The notes: a model not told the origin generated them from the sequence alone. Positions 25,403-38,842 are shown, counted from the stretch's first letter. The stretch: 64,000 bases of DNA from Lepidodermella squamata (GCA_047495785.1 JBLDXI010000066.1:62001-126000), one strand, 5' to 3'. Program-made: numbers and translations.

Positions 25403-26252
25403 TCATGCCACTACGGGGCTTTCCTCCAGCCTAGCGATGGGCCCAGTTTGCTGGCTTCGGTACCTGCGCAGGGTGACGATGAAGAGAATGAGCTCGAAAA
25501 AGACGAGGAAACAGCCGAAAATTCCGGTAGCAATAGCCATCCATCCTGCTACCCTGAACTTCAAACCACCAGGAGGTGTTCCATCCGGTGGATTTTCAGC
25601 CCTAAATAAACTTGATAAGTATATTGAATGAAATTATAGCCAAAATTGAACCCTTGCTTCGCCAACTTGATGCCATTGTAAAATCCCCTTGATATAGGAA
25701 GATACATGAATGATTCATTGAAATGACACAACTTACGGAGAATAAGATGGAATTCCAATCGAGTCGACTACAACAAGTCCGATAATGATGACAGAAACGA
25801 GGAAGAAGACGTAGTAGTCTATCCTGAATTGGTCTTTGAAGGCGAGGTAGAGACGGCGGAACCAGAAGTACCATTCAAGTGGTATGACTATGATCAGCTT
25901 GCAAATCGAGATGACGAAAAGCACGCCGGCCTCTGTGAAGTCTTGCACAACTATCCAACTAGCGATTGATGCTATGATACTCGCGATCATAAACATTATA
26001 TGAACTTGAGAAATTCGGAAAAGTTTGATTATTGCGAAAGGCATAGGGATAGGATTACTAACGTATGTAGCAGATCCAGGCTAAGCGGCAAAGTGAACGG
26101 TTGCCCGATGGAATTTCGTCGCTGATGTTCTGGTAAAAACATGGCTTACAACAGGAGCAGATCCTCGGGAAGCAGCACAGCGGTGGAAAATTAGCTTCTT
26201 TGGCCGCTTGAAGTGGCTGATTGTCCTTAGCTTCGTTTTCAAACGGATTCAT
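25403..26252 (-). CDS. SCAMP-like protein B (4 exons)
   Basis: MNPF start; NFPPLCCFP..KPCFYQNISDEIP; WYFWFRRLYLAFK; last exon ends EESPVVA*. Confidence 0.78.
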
Positions 26253-26732
26253 GATGTAATTTATAAAATCGAGAAACTAAGCGAGGCAGAGCTGCGGATA
26301 CATGTTTTGCTCAGTCTGTAATCAAAGCTTATAGATAGGACTAAGGATTGATTAGCCATATTCACGGATTGCCTCTAGCAATGTTAGATTTCTCATTTGA
26401 CTAGTACTATTCATCGCATATTTTATTAATAAAATCCATAACTCGTGAAAGATGAATGAGAGTGAATGTGTGCATAGTACCTTCATAACGTGTAGAATGA
26501 ACGTAGCTCGTTTCTTTCTATTACCTCTCGTGTAAAATACACCGTGTACTCATTGGCAAGGCCTGCGCCAGATCCTATGATTCATTATTGGAATTTTCTT
26601 TACCAAATGTTTTCAAACTTTACTCAAATTACCCAACTTCATTACGTTGTTAATTTAAGTTCTTTGTGGTTGATAACCCAGAAGCCATATCATGATACTC
26701 TTATCACAGTGAAAGTTCAAAGTTCAAATAAT

Positions 26733-28317
26733 TCACGACTCCGCTATCTGCTGTTCTTCATTACTTGTATACCGGATGTCCGTTTGGGAATTTCGATGAT
26801 TTCTTCGATCAGCCGCATTGTCTTGCATGTTTTGTACAAGACCAATTGCCATGATAAGCGCGCATAAGGTTGACCCTGTCAACAGGAAATAGCTCCATCT
26901 GAAACATTCAAGGCCATAGCAATTCCTCTCGTTAGGCTGATAAATCGCTGCTTCGTAAATCGAACTGAAGCCGATAGAAAATGGGAAACCTTGAAAATCG
27001 AAAAGTTTGGTGATGAAAGATGACTGAAAATAGTATCAAACCTATAATTCCGGAACCTAGTAATGACCAGCCCCAATTTGAGGCTAAATACTTGGCTCCA
27101 AAAAGTTCATTCAATAAAGCTGGTGATTGAGATATTGTTGCTCCTGATGCCAGGCCAACGACTACAACAGTCGCCAATAACACATAGAAATCATCACCGA
27201 CAGCAATTGAAATCGCATAGATCGCCATTTGCATCATGAAGGGTATTATCAAAACAGCAGCCCTTGGTGTTTTATCCCGTTTCGCAATCAAATCACCGAG
27301 AATCCCAGCTAAAATCTTCGAGACTGCGCTTATTGTTGAGCTGGTAACTGTGAATAGCAAATTGTAAGCTCCGAACCCGTAAGACTTGAGAAATGTTGAA
27401 ATGTTGTTGTTAAAAACAGCTTGACTGACTTGTCCGAGCAGGAACTGAGAGATGAAGTAGTAAAAACTCCATCTTTTGATAATTTTCGTTACGGGCAGGT
27501 CTTGAAAAGGGAATTCGGAATATCTTGACGGAGGATTTTGTTCGATAGATGCTCGCCTAGTTTCTAAATTGGTTGAAACATCAGGGGGTTTGTTGGGACT
27601 TGGAACTCCGATAATTGAACCCTTAACCTCTAAACGGCCACTAAACATGAAGATCAATATGTTGACAATGGCGCATAGAATCGCTAGAAACACGAAAAAT
27701 CCCGGTAAATTCTGGTTTTTCTCCTCCCCAGGTCCGTAATGGCCATTTGCGAAAAGTTGGTTGTATATCACGGACATAAGGCTCAAACCAACACTCCAAG
27801 AAGCGTCCAGAACTCCGATAACCTTGCCGCGATGGTTCAGTTCGAAATTATGAATATTCGGCATCATCGATCCCATGTACGTGAAAATCGTCGCGAAATT
27901 GCAGAAGAACCAAATGATACAAAGCAGCCATTGATTCGCCGCGAAAAACACCTTCCATGTCGAAGTTGCAAAGGCAAGAATTGTCAGAGTTGTCACACTC
28001 ATCAGCCCTCCGACCAGGGCTACAGATTGAGTGCCGTATTTTTCGAACATCATACCACCCGGGAAGGCGAAAAACGCACCGACTGCTCCGATTTGAGCCA
28101 TTACATTCGAATCTGTTTCGGTTTGGTTCAGAATCTCACGCATCGCGTTTTGCCATATAATGAAAGTTGTGGCTGAGGTGGCTGTAGCCATGCCGAGAAT
28201 TCCGACGCATAGCGATATCCATTTGGCTGATTTTGGGAATTTTCGATGGCCAAGTGGGAAATTTTCAACAAATCTACCCCAGCGTGTTTTTGACTGACTT
28301 GTATCCTGGCTGGACAT
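26733..28317 (-). CDS. MFS transporter, Nodulin-like/Mch1 type, copy 2 (2 exons)
   Basis: Paralog of copy 1; intron ~27041-26990; exon 2 reads GFPFSIGFSSIYE..CYGLECF..IAES*. Confidence 0.9.
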
Positions 28318-28438
28318 CTTAATTGATGATTCAAGCCGGAAGTTGCGTAAATTTATCCCACCCTTTGTCGGCTCTTATCAAAAAAGTCTTATCTTGAATT
28401 GCGCCTTTTTATTTTATTCACACATTTTAATCTATAGA

Positions 28439-29617
28439 TTAACGAGTCCATTTCAGAACAATCAAATCTAAAAGTAGGGCAATCAAATTGAAAACAGTTG
28501 CGCTCAACAGAATTTCTGGCATCGATGACTCGCTAGTTGCTCGCGTCCAGTTAGCGCCGTTGAAGGAAAGTAAGCAAAATATCATTAAAATCAGACTAGC
28601 AACGTGGCGAGATGTTACCCAATGCGTAACTTCGATGAAAGAAATGGCCGATATAACGGCATGGAGTGGTAAATTAATGAAAATTAGACGATTCATCAGG
28701 TGGCTATCCAATTGCTTTTCTGAATTTTTACAATAAAATTCGTGAAGACATATCAACGCGATTGAATTTGCTAGGATGAAATTCAAGAAGAAATGAAGGT
28801 ACCTTAGAATCGAATAAATAGTTTTCCTATTAAGGACGGAGAAGCAATATCTGACATCGTTGTCAACGGCAACTTCTTCATTCACTGGCTGGAATGATAG
28901 GCCTAACGTTATCGAGACTAAAGAAGAGATCGCGCATAGAATAGCGTAGATCAAACAGGAAATTTTAGGAGCTAGAGCTACAACATGATAACCGAAAATA
29001 TGGCGCTTCACGAAAATACAAGAAAAATCCTGAATAGCAGAGACATAACTGAAAATCCCGCATAACAATATAAGGGAGAGCCCTATTGCTAAATGGCCTA
29101 TTACGGCGAATTTGAAGCCAGTTGAGCTCGAGAAGCCGGTTTTCGATGCGAGGCTGAACGTTACGCATAGGTAGAAACCGCCGATGACAATGGGCGACCA
29201 AAGGAATTTTTCGTATTGTTTCAAGCATACTATTTTGTCTCGCATTTGCTGCGTTAGGCTAGCGACGACTTTCACTGTAAGAGTTGGCAAAGCGTTGGTG
29301 AACTGGCGCAGGAAGGGATGAACATCACTGCCGTAGGCGATGTTGTAGGGTTCGCAGGTGCCGTTGTTGTTCCAAATGCTGACTTCGCGGTGGAAAAGCG
29401 GCATTGTTGAATTGACGATTTTGATCTCCTTCTTGCAGTAGTACTCGTCGAAAGCGGCGAGAACCATGCAGAAGAAAAATATGACTGAAAGTATGACGTT
29501 GCAAATTTTCAACCGATTGCCAATCGCTTGGTATCGGAAAAGAGGCGGAATTTCATACTTCTCAGGTAAAAGAAGGTCGATTTCACTGACGATCGGTAAA
29601 ACTGAGGATTTTCTCAT
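28439..29617 (-). CDS. Orphan multi-pass membrane protein (392 aa), possibly tandem MS4A/CD20-like halves
   Basis: Intronless ORF with ~8 hydrophobic segments; internal repeat (..FDEYYCKK vs ..LHEFYCKN); WSPIVIGGFY motif. Confidence 0.7.
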   Translation of the reverse strand: MRKSSVLPIVSEIDLLLPEKYEIPPLFRYQAIGNRLKICNVILSVIFFFCMVLAAFDEYYCKKEIKIVNSTMPLFHREVSIWNNNGTCEPYNIAYGSDVHPFLRQFTNALPTLTVKVVASLTQQMRDKIVCLKQYEKFLWSPIVIGGFYLCVTFSLASKTGFSSSTGFKFAVIGHLAIGLSLILLCGIFSYVSAIQDFSCIFVKRHIFGYHVVALAPKISCLIYAILCAISSLVSITLGLSFQPVNEEVAVDNDVRYCFSVLNRKTIYSILRYLHFFLNFILANSIALICLHEFYCKNSEKQLDSHLMNRLIFINLPLHAVISAISFIEVTHWVTSRHVASLILMIFCLLSFNGANWTRATSESSMPEILLSATVFNLIALLLDLIVLKWTR

Positions 29618-30849
29618 GTTATTTATTTGACGCAGATTTTCTTTTTTAAAGCCTGCCTCCTACCCAGAATAAAATTTCTTAATGCCATCATCACGTTCTC
29701 TAACCACTCGATCAGGCGTAATAATTAGGGTTAATTAGCACAACGTCGGAAAATTCTGATTAGCCATGAAGACTGCCTACGAGCGGCGTAATCGCGTCAT
29801 CGATATTTCCGCTATATCCAATGTTGTTTTGAACATTTTTTCGAAGTTTCGAGTGAATTTATAACTCGCTAATTTCGACCGGTCGACTTGTGCGTCTGGT
29901 TTTATTCGGTCACTGTTTGTTCATTTCAACCAAAAAAATTGAACTTTTTATCGGCCGGATAATAAGATGAGTCACACCTCCCTGGGCAACCATAAATAGT
30001 AAAAAATGATAATCCAATTGTTTGTCCATTTCTTTGAAGCTTGAATAAACATTTTTGATATTCTCGAGACACTGCCGTGTTATTAATATTGAGCGCCAAT
30101 TTTTTCGTTCAGTCCAGCACTACTTCCCTCAGCATTCAATAAAGCAGGAGATGACGATAATGTTCCTAATACGCTCATCAAAGCAGCCGTCCTAATTACC
30201 TGTTCTGAAGTGTTATTGAAGATTTTATTGCTCATTCTGCACGAAAATATTCGCTAACCAAGGAAAGAAAGTATAACGCCACGCAAAGGCGAATTTCTCT
30301 GCGCGGAATGCGCTTTGATCTCCGATGATGTCTACGCCAGTACTTGATAGCCTATCAGTCCGATTGCAACTGGTGCTTACTTTTATTTTGAATTCATTGA
30401 ATTCTCAATTTTTCTTCATTTTCGCCAGTCCGATGAGGAAACGCTGAAATATATTATTTATATCCAATATTTGGCATGAAACTGAAAGTTGAACAATTCA
30501 AAATCTCATTTCAGTCGTAGAACTTGCGAATTGTCTAACGGGAATGTCACTTTCGGATTCAGGTCGAAACGCACGAGACGCACGAGACACGCTTTCGAAC
30601 AGACTTTCCCGCGCGCTCATTAGCGGAGTCTGTGGATTTTCCAGACTCAAAACCCTAATTACACAAGTATTAGGACAGCCAAATAAGCATGGCAAGCATA
30701 TCCGTTAGATGAAGGGTGAAAATTTCTCCGATTCTTGTTTTTGATCATTTTTATTCGACAAAATCACTGAGATACGGGCCGAGCTCTTCCATTTTACAAG
30801 CAATTACATTGTCTTTGCCTTGCACGGGCAATTTTTTCAGTTTGATCTC

Positions 30850-31663
30850 TCATGCCATGGGCATCGACTGGATCACTGGCCGGCGGTAATGCTGAATAGC
30901 CCGGTATAACAGGATGATTTCCAGCAAGAAAAGCAGCATCCCCATCGCCCCGGCAGTTACCATCATCGCACCAACGATTAGCACAGTTTCCCCAGTCGCA
31001 ATAGTGTTTCCATCCTTGTCAACTATCCTCCTAATGAAAATGATCCTGATTGAAGTAATGCAAAACCAACTCAAAGAACTAACGCATATTTCTGGCCGAT
31101 TTCAACCCATTTCGAACCGTTGTAGATACCCCTATGATGAAACAATTGGGATATTTCATCATTGTTAATCCTCCTTACTTACGGGGCATATGAGGGGATT
31201 CCGATTGCGTCGACGAATATCCATATAATGCATAGAACTGAGATTAGGAAGTAAAATTGAATGTTGACAGCGAAATTGCCCTTGAAAGCTGCGTAGACTC
31301 GGCGGAACCAAAACAGGTAGATGATTGGAACGCTGGCGACGAGCTTCACAATTGCTATAACAAAATATATCCCGGCTTCGCCAAATTCTTTCATCACAAT
31401 CCAAGCCGCCAGGCCAGTGATAGTAGTGAAAAGTAACAGCAGCATATGATCTGAAAATTCAAATGTTGAGATTTCGTTTTAGTAGTTTACCACGCCTTAC
31501 AGTTGTAGCAAAACCAAGCTAGACGCACAACGCCACGTGATTCATTCGGTATTTCTTTGCCAATGTTTTGGTAGAAGCATGGCTTGCAGCCTGGAATGCA
31601 CGTCGGTAGACAACACCTTGGCGGGAAATTGTCAACTGGAGTCGCCGGCGCTGCTGTAGCCAT
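30850..31663 (-). CDS. SCAMP-like protein C (4 exons)
   Basis: MATAAPATPVDNFPPRCCLPTCIPGCKPCFYQNIGKEIP; YLFWFRRVYAAFK; same exon layout as A and B. Confidence 0.78.
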
Positions 31664-33236
31664 TTCAAATATCTTGTTTCTTGTTGCACTAAAATGATAG
31701 ATTCACAAATGAAAAGTGTGTTTTAGATACGCTGTTGATGTGAAATCGCGAGGGATTGGCTTGAAATGAATGGTCGTTGTCTATTTAGCAAGATCATAAA
31801 TTAATGCTTAAAGATCCAAGTTAAAAAAAAAATTCTTGAGAGGAAGTTGGGTTTCGACCTGATTTCGCCTCGCAACCGGAAGCGGAGATAGAATATCGAA
31901 ATTCGTTCTTTATGCTAGTAAGTTATACTCATCGGCTGTATGAATATGTCCGGAATTATCTTAGGAAGTTTTGGGCGCAATTCTCACTTCTCGGCCTTAT
32001 CGTCAATGTCAGCGCTATCTGTTACCTAGTACCGCAGTACATTAAAAGCAATTGGGCGGTTGGTGGTGAAGTGGATTTCTCGGAAATATTCGTCAATATC
32101 AGTATTTTAGTGGCTATTATCAACTTGCGATTGCTGCAAATAGCCCTAAATTTCTGCAAAACTTATGGCATAGCTGCAATTGCGAACGAGGCAGGCGTAG
32201 ATAGCAGACCTTTATCTCAATGCGAGTGCCGCGAAAAACAGGTTAATCGTGAATCAACATGAAACTGGCTTTTATTATTCTCTCAGCTTTCCCGCTTCGC
32301 TTCGTTCGTCTGGTTCTCTAAAAAAACCGGCGATACCATCATTTGACATCTTTTGGTCCTCATTCCGATTTTACGAAAAGATGGGACAAATTGGCTAGGT
32401 GTTTGCCAACCATTTTCGGACAATTAGCCAGATGACAGTATAGTAATCAAGCCGGCGGTGAAGAGGCTTTGGTAGCGAAATGATCAATCTATGCAGCTCT
32501 TATAAAATTTGGAGATTCTAGGCTTTCTGAACCTATCGTTCGAACTTCTCTGATTTGATGCCTAGGAGCGAGAGGCGTGCAAACTGGTTCAACATCAGGC
32601 GAATACTTTGCGACCGAATATTTTGATTTGACAACACGAAGCAGGAAAAGCAGGTGATAAGACATTTTGAAAATATAAAATTATGGTCAGCGAAATTCTG
32701 AAAAATAAGCGATCAAAATAATCAGAGCTATCATAGAATTGAGGAATAGCAATTAATGGTATTGTCCAGCTTGCCGCATTTTGGCTTGATATTCATTATT
32801 GGTGTCTCAATAGTATAGTACGTAGTTATACATTTTTCATCCGCATCCTGTAATCTCAAGTTTCTCCCTCAGCTCGAGAAAACAACTAAAAGCATAAATA
32901 CACCGAATACCACAAACCAAGAAAAAACATGCACGGTAACGAGAAAATTCTCGACATCTTGGCCTCACGACTGTATATTGTACGTCTTTAGGAGTGAAAT
33001 CATACGCCTTTTAACAGCTGCGCCACCGGCGTGTGGCAAAGCTTATGCATGGTAATGGCTTCATCGCTTACGAGCGTACAGGCACCTTAACCTGACGCCT
33101 TTCATTTAAACATAGCAGTACTACTACTACATAACAAAGAATATACTCATTTATACGCTCAAAAAACCACGACAAGTTTGTAGTACTTAATGCCTAGAGC
33201 AAACACAATGATGATGGTGTGAGTTGGGCCAACGTC

Positions 33237-36200
33237 ATGACGGAACGCCGACGCCAGATCTCGGAATCGGCCTACGCGCCCGACGACGACCAGGACGATG
33301 AGATTGATGAAGAACAGCAAACAGTCGACTCGACCTTTCTACCGAAATCGTCGCAGTTATACCGCAACTTGCAGGCTAACCAGATTACATTCGCAGACGA
33401 AGTAGCTATGGCTTTGCCTGACGGTCAGGCGAATTCAATCGCTGCGCGGCTGATGCGGCGCCACAACTCTGCCATTTCAGTAATGTCTCTTAAACAAGTT
33501 CGGAGGGTGTATTGGCAGCGATTTCTCGACATTTTCTGCGGCAGTCTTGTTCAATGCAGTGGAGATATGCAAGCCGAGTTGGACGATTTGAAGAAGGACC
33601 CAACAATCGACGCCCATAGAATCACTATCAAGCAACTTGAATATCGATTAAGGACCAATGTTCGCTACGGCCTGAGTGATTTAGCTGTTCAAGAGCGTCT
33701 CGACAGTTATGGGTTGAATAAAATTCGACCACCGCCTGCTCTGCCTGAGTGGTTCAAATTTTCGCGCCATTTACTTAACGGCTTCAGCATTATGCTGTGG
33801 ATATCTGCTTTCCTGTGCTTCACAGCCTATGGCCTGCAATCGTCACAAAGCGACAATGCTCCGAGTGATAATCTGTATTTGGGATGTGTTTTGGCCGGCG
33901 TAGTTCTTATAACCTCTTCTTTCGCTTACTATCAAGGTAAAAAATCATTTCAAAGTTTGAAAAAATTAAAATAATTTTTTTAGGAAGTTAGAGCAAACTT
34001 CATTTAAATTTTAAAAATTTTAAAAAGGAATTTTTATTTGTTTACAATTTTTAAAAGGAGTTTCAAAATTTCAAAATTTCAAAATTCTTGAACTAAGTTA
34101 AAAATTTTTTTCAAAGAGTTCAAAGGGAACCTTCGCCTATTTCGATAGCCCACGATTTTTTTTCAACATTTGAATTCTAAAGCTGGAAAATTATTGTTTC
34201 ATTTATTTGTTCCTCGCAGAGGCCCGGTCTTTGAAAATCATCGAGTCATTTCAAAAGCTGATGCCGTCCTTTTGCACGGTAATACGGCTCAGTCGACAAG
34301 TCCGCGTTCCCGTCGAAGAGTTGGTACCTGGTGACGTTGTTGTAATCAAAGGCGGCGACAAGATACCAGCCGATTGCCGCATTGTCGAATGCTCAAGCTT
34401 CAAAGTCGACAACTCTTGCATCACCGGCGAATCTGAGCCTCAAGTCCGGCTGCCGGACTGCACCGATGGCAATGCGTTAGACTCGAAAAATTTGATTTTC
34501 TTCTCAACTTACGCAGTTGAAGGAACGGCTACTGCAATCGTCACTGCAACAGGCGACAAAACTGTCATGGGCCGCCTTGCTCGGCTTACTACAGGAATCA
34601 AACATAAAAAGGCACCATTATCCAGAGAACTCGAGGTTTTCGTGTTTGTAATTTGTGGTAAGCCGATTTAGCGAAAACATCCTCCTTAAAAACCTTATTT
34701 TATTTCAGTTTTCTCTGGCACACTTGGAATCACTTTCCTAACTTGGATTCTTTGGGAAGAGCCGAACAACTGGATCGGAGCTATAGTTTACGCCATAGGA
34801 ATTATTGTCGGAAATGTACCTGAAGGTGTTCTAATTGAGATCGCTCTCTGCCTCACATTAGCGGCGAAACGAATGATCAAAGTGAATGCGCTGGTCAAAA
34901 ATTTAGAGGCAATCGTCACGTTGGGCGCGACTACAACAATCTGCTCAGACAAAACTGGCACGTTGACGCTGAACAAAATGACCGTAAGCCATTTGTGGTT
35001 CAACAACGAAATTCAAGCCGCTGATTTGTCGAAAGAACAAATCATAGCTCGGAAGTATTGGATCAACGGCGAGGCGAATGGTTGGCCGTTCCTCGTCCGA
35101 GCTGCTGCGTTATGCAGCCGGACTATGTTCAAACCCGGGCAAGAAGACGTCGACGTAATGGATCGGGATTGTTACGGGGATGGCTCTGAAGTCAGTCTAC
35201 TGAAATTCGCCGAAAGAACCCTTGGCTCTGTAGCAGAATTCCGCGAAAAATGGCCGAAAAAAGCTGAAGTTCCCTTCAGCAGTGCTCGAAAATTTCAAGC
35301 ATCCGTGCATCGAAATCGAAAATCTGGGCAACATCTTGTGGTGATCAAAGGCGCGCCCGAATGCATTGTCGAGATGTGTAAAACGATATTTCTTGGCGAT
35401 GCGAATGGCGGTGAGGTTGAAATGACCGAGGAAATCAAGCAAAAGGTTATGAGCACCTATTTCCAACTCGGCGAAATGGGGGAGCGTGTTCTTGGGTTCG
35501 CGGATCTATCGTTACCTACCGATAAGTTCCCGCCAAAATATCAGTTCTCAACAGATCCTGAGCCGAATTTCCCGATTTGCGATCTAAGATTCGTGGGCCT
35601 TATCGCTATGATCGATCCGCCTAGACCTGGGGTGCCAGAAGCTGTGAGGAAATGCCGAGCTGCCGGGATTCAGGTCGTTATGGTAACTGGGGACCATCCC
35701 GTTACAGCAAAGGCCGTAGCTAAAATGGTCAGCATATTCTCCCCCAACTCCAAAACGCCCGAAGAAGTGGTTGGGACAAACGAGAAACCTACAGCTATCG
35801 TAATCCCCGGCGACCATTTGTTGCAAATGACTGAAGAAGAGTTTGAAGAAGTTATAGCGAATTACCAGGAAATAGTCTTTGCCCGAACCGCCCCGCAGCA
35901 GAAATTGTTGATCGTTGAAGGTTTCCAACGAGCTGGTTGTATTGTGAGTGTTACTGGCGATGGAGTTAACGACTCACCAGCTTTGAAAAGAGCCGATATC
36001 GGAATTGCAATGGGAATAGCTGGTTCCGATGTCTCGAAACAAGCGGCTGATATGGTGCTGCTAGACGACAACTTTTCGACAATCGTCCTTGCGATTGAGG
36101 AGGGCCGGTTGTTGTTTGATAATCTGAAAAAGACGATTTGCTACGTTTTGGTCGCCAACCCACCTGAAATAGCTGCTGCGGTTGCTTACGTGGTACTCGA

Positions 36201-37092
36201 TGTGCCGTTGCCCATGGGTACAATCGCTATGTTGCTGATCTGCATGGTCACCGATATGGCACCAGGTAAGCAAATATCGGTGTATATGTCCAGAAGAATT
36301 TTAAGGCGGAATTTTTCACAGCTGTGATGCTTGGCTACGAAAAAGCTGAAACAGACATTATGAAGCGGAAAAAGACCAGTAAAGACCGGCTAATTACGCC
36401 TCAAATCATGTCAGTCGCCTATGGTAAGACTTCAATAAGCTGGCTTGGCTCTTCGTATGACGTCTTATTTCAGGTCAAAATGGAGTAATTACAGCTTTCG
36501 GCTGCTTTTTGGCCTACGTTGTTTGTATCATGGAAAACGGGTTTCTGATGAGCGATGTTTTCGCATCCGGACTCTCGCGAAGATGGGACAGCGAAGGTAA
36601 ATTGAATTTAGGCAAACTAAGCCATAAATCCTTTGAAACTTATTTTCCAGCTTTGAACAACTTGGAAGACAGTTACGGCCAGGAATGGACCTATTCGCAG
36701 AGAAAGGACCTGGAACGAAGCCTATGTACAGTCTATTTTCTATCTCTTGTTGCTATGCAGTGGGTGTGTGTAATATGCTGCAAAACTAGGCGAGCCTCAA
36801 TCTTTCATCAAGGATGTAAGTCTTTCGATAGTTTCAAGTCAATTGTTCACTCGTCTTATCAGGGCGGAACTCGCAGCTGTTCTACGGCATACTATTCGAA
36901 GCTGCGACAGCAGTTTTTCTGTGTTATTGTCCTTACGTAAACGAAGCTTTCCAGTTCGCCCCAATCTTGCCGTTGTGGTGGATGTCTGTCCTACCTTTCA
37001 CCATTCTCCTACTTGCGATAGATCAGCTCAGAAAGTTGTTGATACAGCGCGGCTCGTGGGGATCTTTCGGTACTCGCGAGCTACTCATCTAA
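33237..37092 (+). CDS. Divergent P2C-type (Na+/K+-ATPase alpha-like) ATPase, 7 exons
   Basis: TGES, NVPEG, CSDKTGTLT, KGAPE, MIDPPR, TGDH, GDGVNDSPALK, LEDSYGQEWTY, CKTRR. Exons 33237-33936, 34220-34657, 34709-36265, 36322-36423, 36474-36596, 36651-36815 and 36863-37092 join in frame. Confidence 0.93.
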
Positions 37093-37200
37093 AATCTACA
37101 CAGCCTTCTTTCATCTATAGCTAATGTCTGTGAACTAAAATAAATCAATAATCTGAAATTATTTATTCAATGCTAAACAAATCTTTAACAAGAACGTGAT

Positions 37201-38842
37201 CTATTCGGTAATAACTGAAGATGATCCTGCATTGTCTAATACTGGTTTCGGCTCCTCCTTCCGATCGTTTGGAGCAGCACGGCTTGCGTAGTAAGCCTGT
37301 CGATCCGTAGCATTTCGGAACATGTTTTGCGTTAGGCCAATAGCCATAACCATAGCGCAGAAGCTTGTCGCAGCGAGCAGGGCGTAACTCCACACAAAAC
37401 ACTGCAAGCCATAGCAATTCTTCTCGCCAGGCTCGTAGATTTTCGATTCATAGATTGCGCTGAACCCTAACGCGTAGGGAAACCCTGGAAATAATGAGAG
37501 ATATAGCATTTGAATCGTTTGAGCAATCAGAAGTCTTACCTATAGCCCCAGCCCCTAAGAGGGACCAGCCCCAGTTCGAGGCCATGTATTTCCCACCGAA
37601 TAGCTCCCCAGCTAAAGTGGGCGACTGGCACCAAGTTGCTCCGTAGCCAATGCCTGTGCTGACGCACGTAAGCAATAGGACTACAAAATTATCTCCCCAG
37701 AAAATTGACACGATAAACATTGTTGTTTGAATGAAATACGGCAAGATGAAAACAATCGCTCGAGGAGCTTTGTTGTGATGAGCAACTAGATCAGAAACGA
37801 TGCCAGCCGTCAACTTGGAAACAGCCTGTAGACTGGTGTTCGTCACGGTGAACAGCAAGTTGTACGAGTTGAAGCCGTACGACTTCAAATACGTCGAAAT
37901 GTTGTTGATGAACGTAGCCTGGCTGACTTGGCTGAACAGAAATTGAAACACGAAAAAGTAGAAATTCGCTCGATAAACGGCTTTTTGAACTGGCAGCTCG
38001 TGGAACGGGAATTCGGAGAATTTATTAGGCGGCTTCTCCTCGATTGCAGCGGCCGGCTCTTCGGAAATAGACTGATTAATCGCTAGCTCATCGTCCTCAA
38101 CAATTTGCCGTACTTCCTCCGTTAATTCATGGCTCTCATCGATTTGGCCGTTGAATAGGACTAGAAACACGCTGGAGACTGCGTAGAAAATCGCGAGTAG
38201 AATGAAAAATCCTGGCAAATTCTGCAGATACTCCTGCCCAGAATCGACATGGCCGTTAGTGAATAATTCGTTGTAAACCACGGATAGAATTGTTGGGCCC
38301 AGGCTCAGAGTTGAATCAAGAACTCCAATGACCTTGCCACGATTTTCAGACGAGAAATTATGGACATTGGGCATTAGCGAGGACATGTAGGTGAAAATGC
38401 TGGCAAAGTTGTTAACAGCCCACAGAATGTAGACCAGCCATTGATTCGCCGCGAAAAATGACTTCCAAATCGAGGTTCCGAATGCTAGAAGCGCAAAGGT
38501 CAGAGCGCTGAAGACGCCGCCGACGAATGAAGCGCTCTGGCTGCCGTATCTTTCGTACATCATGCCAGCCGGGAAGGCGATTGTACCGCCGACAGTGCCA
38601 AGTTGGACCATGATGTTAGATTCTGTCTCAGTTTGATTCAAAATGCCTCGCATTGCGTTTTGCCACACGCTGAACGTGCCACTCGTCGCCGCTGTTGCCA
38701 TGCCAATCGAGCCGACGACGAGGGAGACCCATTTCGCAGCTCTGGGCCACTTTTTATGGCCAACTGGCAGGCGTTTGATGATTTTGCCATAGCAGGTGTT
38801 GTTTCGGATAGCCAATGGAGCGACAGATCCGCCGTGAGACAT
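37201..38842 (-). CDS. MFS transporter, Nodulin-like/Mch1 type, copy 3 (2 exons)
   Basis: Paralog of copies 1 and 2 with the same intron position; CYGLQCF in the last exon. Confidence 0.9.

Noticed and set aside
29640-30700. Coding-like composition
   Set aside because: No consistent ORF or exon chain could be built.
31912-33000. 116-aa hydrophobic ORF and nearby TM-like fragments
   Set aside because: There are no family motifs and the frames are interrupted; at most a decayed gene, which cannot be supported.
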